Origin: Candidatus Gastranaerophilales bacterium
GTDB lineage: Bacteria; Cyanobacteriota; Vampirovibrionia; Gastranaerophilales; CALOAD01
DNA: 64,000 nucleotides
Direction: 5' to 3'
Assembly: GCA_942491415.1 (NCBI GenBank)
Contig: CALOAD010000022.1
Span: 77,010-141,009, forward strand
Positions within the stretch are counted from its first letter, which is position 1, and each line of letters opens with the position of its first letter. A program made the position numbers and the translations under genes. Below the pieces are notes generated by a model that worked only from the letters and a program-made list of their open reading frames with translations, was not told the DNA's origin and searched no databases. Positions 46,965-55,404 of this stretch are shown piece after piece.

Positions 46965-47732
46965 ATGTCAGAAGTATTAACACTTCCTCCAAATTTACCA
47001 AAATCACAAAACCCTGATGTAGGAGCAAGTAAGTTCTGCCCGGGTTGTGGTCATGGTATGATTCTTAAAACTTTAGCATTTGCTATTGATGACTTAAATC
47101 TTCAAGATAGAGCTGTATTTGGTTGTGATATCGGTTGCAGTCTTCTAGCTTGGAATTATATGAATATTGACTCTGTACAAACTCACCACGGTCGTACAAC
47201 TCCTGTAATATATGGTGTTACAAGAGCTGTGCCTGATACTGTCGGTATTGCTTACATGGGTGATGGCGGTGGTCTTGCTATCGGCTCTCAACACCTTGTA
47301 AACGCCTCTGTTAGAAATGAAAAAATGCTGGCAGTTATGGTAAACAATACAAACTATGGTATGACCGGTGGTCAAATGGCTCCTACTACATTACCGGGGC
47401 AAAAAACAGAGACAACACCTTATGGTCGTGATATTGAAACAACCGGAAAACCTGCTAAAGGTGCAGAAATGGTTAATTCAATTGTTGACAGTGAAAGAGC
47501 ATATGTAGCAAGAGCTACTGTTAGCAACCTTCGTGCTTTGAGAAGAACATTCAAAAAAGCTTTAACAAACGTTGCTGACGGTCGTGGTTTCTCTTTTGTA
47601 GAAGTACTTTCAATATGTCCGTTAAATTGGAGAACAAATAACGTTGACACTTGGAACCGACTCAAAACAATGGAAGAATTCTTTGAAGTTAAAGAATTTA
47701 ACGTTCCTCAAGAAATAGAGGGGGTTAAGTAA
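46965..47732 (+). CDS. 2-oxoacid:ferredoxin oxidoreductase, beta (TPP-binding) subunit
   Basis: FCPGCGHG... and GDGGGLAIG...NNTNYGMTGGQ. Confidence 0.85.
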   Translation: MSEVLTLPPNLPKSQNPDVGASKFCPGCGHGMILKTLAFAIDDLNLQDRAVFGCDIGCSLLAWNYMNIDSVQTHHGRTTPVIYGVTRAVPDTVGIAYMGDGGGLAIGSQHLVNASVRNEKMLAVMVNNTNYGMTGGQMAPTTLPGQKTETTPYGRDIETTGKPAKGAEMVNSIVDSERAYVARATVSNLRALRRTFKKALTNVADGRGFSFVEVLSICPLNWRTNNVDTWNRLKTMEEFFEVKEFNVPQEIEGVK

Positions 47733-48295
47733 TGGCTAGAAGTAAGATTGTATTAGCCGGCGAAGGCGGGCACGGAATTCAAAGTGTTGCTAAAATTCTT
47801 GTAGAAGCGGCATATGAAGCAGATAAAAAAGTTCTTTATATCCCTAACTTTGGCGTAGAACAAAGAGGTGGTGTAAGTATTGCTTTTTGTCAAATTTCAG
47901 ACGAAGAAATCGGTGAACCAAGATTTTCAAAAGGTGATATCGTTGTAATGTTGTCAGATAGAGCGATTGATCGTTGCTCTTGTTATGTAGACGAAAATAC
48001 AACTGTTATCTACGATTCTTCTATTTGTACACTAAAACCTGAAATGAAGGCTAAAAAAATTATTGGCTTACCGGCTAATAAAATAGCAAATGATGAACTT
48101 CACGCAAGGGTATTTAACATCATTATTTTAGGCGTTATTCTTCAATCTACAGCTATTGTAAGTATTGAATACGCTAAAAAAGCAATGGAATTAGCTCTTG
48201 GCAAGAAATTTGATGCTAAACCTGAACTTCGTGATCTCAACTACAAAGCTATGGAACGTGGTATCAACCTAATTACTGATAAAACTACGGTTTAG
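47732..48295 (+). CDS. 2-oxoacid:ferredoxin oxidoreductase, gamma subunit
   Basis: LAGEGGHGIQS...FGVEQRGG. ATGA-type junction with the beta-subunit gene. Confidence 0.8.
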   Translation: MARSKIVLAGEGGHGIQSVAKILVEAAYEADKKVLYIPNFGVEQRGGVSIAFCQISDEEIGEPRFSKGDIVVMLSDRAIDRCSCYVDENTTVIYDSSICTLKPEMKAKKIIGLPANKIANDELHARVFNIIILGVILQSTAIVSIEYAKKAMELALGKKFDAKPELRDLNYKAMERGINLITDKTTV

Positions 48296-48324
48296 CAAAA
48301 AACATCCACAAAGGAGATAACATA

Positions 48325-48594
48325 ATGACAACAACAGAACATAAAGGGTTTGTTATTAAAGACGTAGCAAAAGGCAAAGCGGATTGGTATTTATACACTG
48401 ATCTTTGCAAAGGTTGCGGATTATGTCTTGAAAAATGCCCAATGAATTTAAAAGGCGAAAAGTGCTTGCAATGGTCTAAAGAAACAGGTCTTTATGCAAC
48501 ACCGGCTGTTCAACCTGATCCTGAAAAATGTATCGGTTGCGGAGCTTGCGCTCTTCTTTGTCCTGATAGTGCCATCAGGATTGAAAGAAAGTAG
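48325..48594 (+). CDS. 2-oxoacid:ferredoxin oxidoreductase delta subunit / 2x[4Fe-4S] ferredoxin
   Basis: CKGCGLCLEKCP and CIGCGACALLCP. Confidence 0.75.
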   Translation: MTTTEHKGFVIKDVAKGKADWYLYTDLCKGCGLCLEKCPMNLKGEKCLQWSKETGLYATPAVQPDPEKCIGCGACALLCPDSAIRIERK

Positions 48595-48611
48595 ATGCTA
48601 AATAAAAACTA

Positions 48612-48646
48612 AAAAATAGACGCTTAGTATTAGGCGTCTATTTTCT
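48612..48646 (+). terminator. Rho-independent terminator of the oxidoreductase operon
   Basis: AAATAGACGC-(loop)-GCGTCTATTTTC. Confidence 0.6.
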
Positions 48647-48771
48647 TGTAAAATGGAATTTAAAATTGTAAAGTTAAGTATATTTTACATATCAAGTTTA
48701 AAAAGGCAATTTGAAAATTAAATTTGTTTTTAATTATTTATATATGAAATTAATTAAAAGGAGAAATTATT

Positions 48772-49545
48772 ATGGTAGATAGAATTGATTCAATAAATGT
48801 TATTCAAGAAGGTTTAGCCGTTTATAATGCTCAACCACTCAGGGGAAATAACACAATTCTTGGTGGAGACGGTGATGATGTAATTATTACAGATGGAGCC
48901 AATAACTACATTGATGGTGGTGCCGGTAATGATGACATTATAGTCACTAATGACAGCTTGGGTGAAGTTGATATTAGTGCTGAAGGTAGAGGTGTATGGG
49001 GTGATCCTCACTATGAAGTTACAGGTGCTAACGGAGAACCAATTAAATTCGACCACCATGGTATAGCCGGTCATGAATATCATGTATTCAGTGGTGATAA
49101 TATTAGCATTACTGGTTTATATGCACCTTCAGGCGATCAACCTTGTGTAATTAGTGAAACAACGCTGCGAGCAGGTGATGACACCATCCAATATGATAAA
49201 GAAGGTAATCTTAAAATAAATGGTCAAGAAGCTAAAGATGGAGAATATGATCTTGCTGACGGAACCAAAATAATAAAAGAAGGTAAAGTAATGACAGTAG
49301 TTCCGGCTGATGGAACAGGAAAAGTAGATATTCATGCAGAAGGTGACTCTATGATGGTTGATCCATCAGGTCAATTTAAAAACTTGGATGGTATTCTCGG
49401 TACAGCAATTGCAGAAAATAGACCACTTCCCGAAGATGAGGCTAATCAAAAATTTGACCTCGCAAATGCTCCTCTCGCTCCTAAAGGAAACTTAAATCCT
49501 TTTGAAAACCTGAGGAATTTACATAATGAATTTTTGCAACCATAA
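48772..49545 (+). CDS. RTX-like repeat protein with a WGDPH motif
   Basis: Two GGxGxDxUx nonapeptides (GGDGDDVII, GGAGNDDII), then WGDPHYEVTG (GDPH at 49000-49011). No Sec signal. AAGGAG RBS. Confidence 0.55.
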   Translation: MVDRIDSINVIQEGLAVYNAQPLRGNNTILGGDGDDVIITDGANNYIDGGAGNDDIIVTNDSLGEVDISAEGRGVWGDPHYEVTGANGEPIKFDHHGIAGHEYHVFSGDNISITGLYAPSGDQPCVISETTLRAGDDTIQYDKEGNLKINGQEAKDGEYDLADGTKIIKEGKVMTVVPADGTGKVDIHAEGDSMMVDPSGQFKNLDGILGTAIAENRPLPEDEANQKFDLANAPLAPKGNLNPFENLRNLHNEFLQP

Positions 49546-49566
49546 GAAATTTAATTAAATGGACTT

Positions 49567-49603
49567 AAAAAAGACGACTTATATTATATAAGTCGTCTTT
49601 TTA
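49567..49603 (+). terminator. Rho-independent terminator
   Basis: AAAAAGACGACTT-(loop)-AAGTCGTCTTTTT. Confidence 0.6.
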
Positions 49604-49649
49604 TTTGCTTTGCAAGGTTAGTTTTGAATATATTTTAATAAATTTTTGT

Positions 49650-49930
49650 TCTTTTTGAGGCGGTTTTTACCTTGACAAGCAAGGCTAAAAACCTTAGATT
49701 AGCCGTTCAAAGTCTTTTTACGAGATCTTATTAAATCAAAAATTTACCCCTAAAGAAATTTTTTTTATTGTTTTTTGATTTTTATGGTTAGTTTATAGAT
49801 TTTAAAGTAGCTTTTTTGACTTTTGCCTCGTTTATTTCGGAGTTTTTTGAGATTACTTCAGGGGGTAAATTTTCTTAGAAATAATCTCCCTAAAAAGACT
49901 AATTCACTTGTGTGAGTTAGTTGTAGGTGT
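49650..49930. repeat. Degenerate dispersed intergenic repeat, copy A
   Basis: Shares collinear anchors with copy B: CGTTCAAAGT (49704-49713 vs 55068-55077) and ACTAATTCACTTGTGT (49898-49913 vs 55271-55286). Anchor spacing is 194 vs 203 nt, and the flanks are partly similar. Confidence 0.4.
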
Positions 49931-50388
49931 TTTTACTGTTTATAGTTGGGTTTTGAGGTTCGATTTTTTAACGCTTTTTTATTTTGCTTGTAGCTTTGTT
50001 TTTAGATTTAATCGAGTAGAAAAATTCTCCCCTTGAGTACTTAAATATAGTTTTTTAAGTTTTTAAGTTCTAATTCGCTCATTTGAGGCAATTTTATATC
50101 AATATAAAATATTTTATCCGTCACTATTCACTATCAATTTTACTAATGATCTTTTTAGTTAAACGCTATTTATTAACTCTAAAAATATTTAGAGTTTTTT
50201 TATCAATATATCCTATAAGCTTAATATGATTTAATCTACAAGTTTTCTAATTATAGAGCATGCTTTATTAACATTAACATAACTTCACAAGTGTCAAATA
50301 TTTGACAATTTGATGTTGAAGAATGTTTTTAAATATATAAGAGGAAATTTAGAAACAAATTGTTTATTACGGAAATAAGGAGAAAACC

Positions 50389-50742
50389 ATGGTATTAGGA
50401 TCTATCGGAAAAGCTGCTGAAAAAATAACAAAGCCAATGGGCGCGGTGAAAGATGTCGCAGGTGCAGCTAGCGGTGCAGCTGGCGGTGCATCACCTTTTG
50501 GTGGCATAACAGACAGTATTTTTAATATGGCAAAATCTGGCGGTGCTAAAAAAGCTGGCGGTGCTGAAAAAGCTGGTGGTGCTAAAGCTGGTGGTGCTAA
50601 AGCTCAAAATCCACTTGAAGGCATGAAACCTGACGATATTTTAAAAATGGGCATAAAAATGGGAATGGAAATGGCTCAAAAAGGTGGAGAACAGAAAAAA
50701 GCCGGAAAACCTCCAATGCCTGGCATGGGAAAAGAAAGTTAA
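50389..50742 (+). CDS. Gly/Ala/Lys-rich low-complexity small protein
   Basis: AAGGAG RBS and a downstream terminator. Repeats GGAKKAGGAEKAGGAKAGGAKA. Confidence 0.5.
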   Translation: MVLGSIGKAAEKITKPMGAVKDVAGAASGAAGGASPFGGITDSIFNMAKSGGAKKAGGAEKAGGAKAGGAKAQNPLEGMKPDDILKMGIKMGMEMAQKGGEQKKAGKPPMPGMGKES

Positions 50743-50768
50743 TCAAGACAAAAAATAAAGAACTATCG

Positions 50769-50796
50769 AAAAGACTGCTTATTAAAGCAGTCTTTT
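50769..50796. terminator. Bidirectional terminator between convergent genes
   Basis: AAAAGACTGCTT-ATTA-AAGCAGTCTTTT. Confidence 0.55.
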
Positions 50797-51914
50797 TACA
50801 TGTCGATAAAATCAGCTAAAACCTCATTGCTGAGTAAAAAACCTTGAGGTGTAAGCTGTAAAATATCATCATTTAATACTATCAAGTTATTTTTTAAATG
50901 TTTTTGAATTATTAAACTATATTTTTCAGTCAAATCAATTCCGTAAATATTTTTGAACTGAACCAAGTCAATTCCTTTTTTCATTCGCAGTCCTAAAAAT
51001 ATTGATTCTTCTCTTTTTTCTTTTGTTGTTACTTGATGTAGCTCTTGCTTTTGTTTTTTAGCTTTTAAATATTTTTCAAAATTTTGAACATTAGAGTATC
51101 TAACTCCATTTTCATAACCGTGCGCTGCAAGTCCAAATCCATAATACTCTTGATTTGCCCAATAAATACAGTTATGTTCTGATTCATATCCTTTTTTGCA
51201 AAAGTTGCTTATTTCATAATGTTCAAATCCATTTTGAGTTAATTTTTTGACAATATTCAAATACATGTCAGCGGCTAAGTCTTGATCGGGAAGGTTTTTA
51301 GGCAAATTATCCGCAAAATAAGTTCCATCTTCTATTTTTAATCCATAAGTAGAAATGTGTTGAATATCAAGTTCTAAAGCTTTTTCAAGAGTGTCGTCAA
51401 GTTTTTTCAATGTCTGATGAGGCAATCCATAAATAAGATCAATGCTAATATTATCAAATCCTACTCTTTGAGCTTGTTTAACTGTTTCAATAGCTTCTTC
51501 AGTATTATGAATTCTATTTATAATTTTTAAAATCTCATCATCAAAACATTGAATACCTACGCTAATACGATTTACACCAAGCTTTTTAAGATTTTCAAAA
51601 TATTCTGTATTGACCGTTTTAGGATTAATTTCCATTGTTATTTCAGTGTTTTTTTTGATTGTTGCAAAATTTGAAATACATTGAAAAATCTCCTGATAAA
51701 AATCTACTTCAAGAATAGAGGGAGTGCCTCCTCCTATATATATTGTGTCTATTTTCTCAGGAGGATTTTGAGCAAAAGAATTTTCAATATTTTTTATCAA
51801 AGCTGTTTTGTAAGCACCAAAATATTCTTTTTTATCCGCAAAAGAAATAAAGGAGCAGTAATGACACTTTCCGGAGCAAAAAGGTATATGAATATAAATA
51901 CTTTTGGTTGTCAT
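50796..51914 (-). CDS. hemW: HemW/HemN-like radical SAM protein
   Basis: IHIPFCSGKCHYCSF. The start is set to ATG 51914, with AGGAG 5 nt upstream. Confidence 0.85.
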   Translation of the reverse strand: MTTKSIYIHIPFCSGKCHYCSFISFADKKEYFGAYKTALIKNIENSFAQNPPEKIDTIYIGGGTPSILEVDFYQEIFQCISNFATIKKNTEITMEINPKTVNTEYFENLKKLGVNRISVGIQCFDDEILKIINRIHNTEEAIETVKQAQRVGFDNISIDLIYGLPHQTLKKLDDTLEKALELDIQHISTYGLKIEDGTYFADNLPKNLPDQDLAADMYLNIVKKLTQNGFEHYEISNFCKKGYESEHNCIYWANQEYYGFGLAAHGYENGVRYSNVQNFEKYLKAKKQKQELHQVTTKEKREESIFLGLRMKKGIDLVQFKNIYGIDLTEKYSLIIQKHLKNNLIVLNDDILQLTPQGFLLSNEVLADFIDM

Positions 51915-52015
51915 AGTCTCTCCTGTTTTCAAATTCATCATAACATTGAAAATAAGCCTTTAAAAGTTAATAATGTTTGTATAAAGTAAAGTTATAATCA
52001 GTCGATAGGTAATTT

Positions 52016-53167
52016 ATGAAATCTAATAATTTTATAAAAAAAATAAAACAAATTTTTAATTTTAAGAAATCCCATGCTCAAAATGCTATGGAGCTTGAAA
52101 TAAAAGAACAGCCTGAGATCTTAGGAAAACTTGTTAAAAAATATTTTCATTCGGAAAAAATAAACCTTGGCTTTGACTTGCCTTGTGATATTAGCCAAAT
52201 ACGCATTATTGCAAGCGGTTCGTCTAAAAACGTGGGCGATTGCGCTGTTTATTTTATTGAAAAATGGGCTCAAATTCCATGTTTTTGCAGTTTTGCCAGT
52301 GAATTTGCCAACAAAGAAATTTTATTACAACCTAATGAGCTTGTTGTAGCCATTTCTCAATCAGGAGAAACCGCTGATACTTATAAAGCACTAAAAAAAA
52401 CCATTAAAAAAGGGGCTATAACCCTTGCGTTAACCAATAATGAAAATTCTAAAATACACACTCTTGCAAATTATGGAATGAAGGTTAACGCAGGAAAAGA
52501 AAACAGTGTAGCTGCTACAAAATCCTTCACCGCACAGCTTTTAAATCTTTATGCAATTGGACTATATCTTGCTGAAAAAAAACAAACAGCCCAAGGGGCT
52601 GAAAAAATCTTAAAAAAAGAGCTGAAAGACTTAAAGCTTAACCTAGAAAAGCTTTTAAACAACAAAGGAACTTTAAATAAAAGCGTAGAACTACTAAAAA
52701 AATCAAAAGATATAGTTATTACCGGCAGAGGTGCAAACAGTGCTATAGCAAACGAAGGTGCTTTAAAGATAAAAGAAACAAGTTATATAAATACAAACGG
52801 ATACCCATCAGGAGAGTTTTTGCACGGACATATGGCATTTATTGATAAAGATATCCCATTGGTTTCAATTATTCCAAAATGTAGTAATAATACAAAAAAT
52901 TACAAACTGGCATTAAAAAACACTTCTAAAGTAAGCAGAAAAAGAAAACCACCTTTGATTATTTTAAAAACTGTCGATGATTTTGAAATTCAACTAAAAG
53001 ATGAGCTTAAAAAAGCTTTATTTATTGAAATACCTGATTCAACAGAAGAAATTTCCGTATTTTATACCACTTTAATAATGCAGCTTTTAGCTTTAAGTAC
53101 TGCTAAATCATTAAATAGAGATATAGACAAGCCAAGAAGCCTTGAAAAAGCTGTTATAAGTGAATAA
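52016..53167 (+). CDS. Tandem SIS-domain phosphosugar isomerase (GlmS isomerase-domain-like, no glutaminase domain)
   Basis: ISQSGETADT motif and two SIS halves. The N-terminus lacks the Cys-2 Ntn glutaminase domain. Confidence 0.7.
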   Translation: MKSNNFIKKIKQIFNFKKSHAQNAMELEIKEQPEILGKLVKKYFHSEKINLGFDLPCDISQIRIIASGSSKNVGDCAVYFIEKWAQIPCFCSFASEFANKEILLQPNELVVAISQSGETADTYKALKKTIKKGAITLALTNNENSKIHTLANYGMKVNAGKENSVAATKSFTAQLLNLYAIGLYLAEKKQTAQGAEKILKKELKDLKLNLEKLLNNKGTLNKSVELLKKSKDIVITGRGANSAIANEGALKIKETSYINTNGYPSGEFLHGHMAFIDKDIPLVSIIPKCSNNTKNYKLALKNTSKVSRKRKPPLIILKTVDDFEIQLKDELKKALFIEIPDSTEEISVFYTTLIMQLLALSTAKSLNRDIDKPRSLEKAVISE

Positions 53168-53169
53168 AA

Positions 53170-53802
53170 TTATTTAACCCACTTGTTTCTCATTGCAATA
53201 GATAACGCTTGGGTACGATCATCCACCGATAATTTATGCAAAATATTGCACATATGAGATTTTACCGTGTAATGACTTACTGATAGCATTTGAGCGATTT
53301 TTTTATTGTTATGACAATCTGCTATAAGTTGAAGTATTTCAATTTCTCGATCGGTTAAAGGAATAGAAGTTTTAGGAGGTGAATTTATCTCAAGACTATT
53401 TCTTATAATCTCGGAAACCGATTCGTCAACCCAAAAGCCACCATCAATTACTTTGTCTATAATTGAAACTAATCTTTCAGGATCAATATCCTTTAAACAA
53501 TAAGCATTAGCTCCGTTTGTTATTGCTTCTATGACTTCTTTTTTATCTTCATGAGAAGTTAATACTATTATTTTTGAATTTACACTATTTTTTAACTGCT
53601 TTATAACCTCTATGCCATTTATTCCCGGAAGCCCGAGATCTAAAACTATTACATCAGGATGTATTGACTCTGCTAGCTTCAAACCCTCTTCGCCATATTC
53701 AGCTTCTTTTATAGCTTTAAACAACCCACTTTTCTCAAAAGCAGTTTTTAAACCTATTCTTGTAAGTGCGTGATCTTCAATTATCAAAACAGTTTTATTC
53801 AT
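53170..53802 (-). CDS. Response regulator, NarL/LuxR family
   Basis: Receiver domain (VIVLDLGLPGING) plus a LuxR HTH (LTDREIEILQLIA...IAQMLSVSHYTVKSH). Confidence 0.85.
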   Translation of the reverse strand: MNKTVLIIEDHALTRIGLKTAFEKSGLFKAIKEAEYGEEGLKLAESIHPDVIVLDLGLPGINGIEVIKQLKNSVNSKIIVLTSHEDKKEVIEAITNGANAYCLKDIDPERLVSIIDKVIDGGFWVDESVSEIIRNSLEINSPPKTSIPLTDREIEILQLIADCHNNKKIAQMLSVSHYTVKSHMCNILHKLSVDDRTQALSIAMRNKWVK

Positions 53803-53814
53803 CGTTTTTACCTA

Positions 53815-54906
53815 TCATAAAGGGAGTTTAAAATAAAAGGAGCTGCCAACATTTTGTTCACTTTCAAAGCCTATTTCTCCACTATGAGCTTCTATTATCA
53901 ACTTTGAAAGGTAAAGTCCCAGACCACTACCTATATTCTTAATTTTTTTATTGCAAGTTGAGAATTTTTCAAAGACAGTCTTTTGCTCTTCTTTATTAAT
54001 TCCTATTCCATTATCAGCAATAATAACAATTGCTTTGCTTCCTTCTTTTTTTGTAGTTACAGTTATTTCACCACATGCCGGAGTATAACTGATAGAATTA
54101 AAAAGAAAATTTTGCAAAACTCTTTTAATTTGTTCAACATCAATATTCACATCCAAGTTTGTATCACAATAAGTTTTTACCGATAATTTTTTTTCTTGTG
54201 CCAGTTGAACAACATCTTCAACGCTATTTTTAACTAATTCATCAAGCTTCGTTTTTTGTTTATTCAAACAGGGTCCTTTTTCTTCAAGTTTATGAACATC
54301 CAGTATATTTTTAACCATCTCGAGCAGTTGATTTTGACTTAAAATAAGTTGTTTTGTTATATATGATTGATCTTTACTTAAAGCTCCATAAGAACCGTTC
54401 TCAAGATATTTTAAGGCATTTAAACTTGCAAGCAGTGGAACCTTTAAATCATGAGTTATTGTCGTCACGAGAGATTCACGAACTTGCTCAGCTTCTTTTC
54501 TTTTTTCGAGAGCTTGAGACATACTATTAAATGATTTTGCCAAAAACCCTATTTCGTCCTTACTTGTTATATTGGCTCTTTGAGCATAATCTCCTTTTTC
54601 TATAAGCTTTGCAAGATTTGTAATTTCTATAATAGGTTGTGCTGTTAATTTTGCAAAAATAAAAGATAGCATTATACTTGCTATCGATATAACAACAGCT
54701 ATTTTAAAAATTAAAACATTGATCTCACCTGCAATATTATTAAAACTTATATTTATTATCGAAGCTGTATCAAATAAAGAATTATCTAAAAGTCTTTCTA
54801 TGTTTATATTAACCGTTAGTGTTGAAATAACGGCAAGTACCAACAAGGGTAATAACGCAGCAAATAAAAAATAGCTCAAAAGCCTTGTTCTTATACTTAC
54901 TTTCAA
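53815..54906 (-). CDS. Sensor histidine kinase (TM-HAMP-HisKA-HATPase)
   Basis: H-box ITHDLKVPL, N-box and G-boxes DNGIGI / GSGLGLYLS. Confidence 0.85.
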   Translation of the reverse strand: MKVSIRTRLLSYFLFAALLPLLVLAVISTLTVNINIERLLDNSLFDTASIINISFNNIAGEINVLIFKIAVVISIASIMLSFIFAKLTAQPIIEITNLAKLIEKGDYAQRANITSKDEIGFLAKSFNSMSQALEKRKEAEQVRESLVTTITHDLKVPLLASLNALKYLENGSYGALSKDQSYITKQLILSQNQLLEMVKNILDVHKLEEKGPCLNKQKTKLDELVKNSVEDVVQLAQEKKLSVKTYCDTNLDVNIDVEQIKRVLQNFLFNSISYTPACGEITVTTKKEGSKAIVIIADNGIGINKEEQKTVFEKFSTCNKKIKNIGSGLGLYLSKLIIEAHSGEIGFESEQNVGSSFYFKLPL

Positions 54907-55009
54907 TTTAATACCTTTAAATACCTACAACAAATTGTAGCATTTTTTAGGGTCTTAAAACTTTAGTTCAATTTAGGAATTACGTAAAATTTGATAAATA
55001 TTTTGATGC

Positions 55010-55300
55010 GAGTTTACCCGCTATTAAAATAGCTAAATAAACCCGCTCGTTTTTGACGTGTTTATATCGTTCAAAGTGCTCTAAAAGGCATTAAGAGTCT
55101 CTAAATTATATCTGTTCATATATTAATGTTTTTCTTTTTTACTTTTATTTGTTTTATAGAAAAAAAGGAGAGAAAAATAGTCCTAAAATCCATATTGATA
55201 GTCTTTTCAGGTTGTGTGTCGGGAATAAATAAACAGATATAATTTTGTTTCCCATAAGCCTTTAAGAGGCACTAATTCACTTGTGTAGAAGTGTAAGATG
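55010..55300. repeat. Degenerate dispersed intergenic repeat, copy B
   Basis: See copy A. Same two anchors in the same order and orientation. Confidence 0.4.
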
Positions 55301-55404
55301 TAAAAACTCAGTAAATTAGGTTAAAATAATAACTTGCGTAATTCTTGTCAGTTATCTTAGTGGTAAAATTATAATGAAAGTAAGGGTTTTAAAAAGGAAA
55401 TAGT

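Noticed and set aside
49940-49975. tRNA or tmRNA fragment suggested by GAGGTTCGATTTT
   Set aside because: There is no complementary T-stem, acceptor stem or CCA context, and no tag-peptide frame. smpB is present, but no ssrA-like 5' GGGG...ACCA 3' structure was found in the window.
51942-52015. glmS ribozyme upstream of the GlmS-like SIS gene
   Set aside because: The spacer is only 74 nt and mostly A/T, too short and lacking the conserved ribozyme core.
54907-55404. T-box riboswitch upstream of trpS
   Set aside because: No conserved T-box sequence (…GGUGGUACCGCG-like) and no terminator/antiterminator pair could be found by eye. Only the dispersed repeat block is present.
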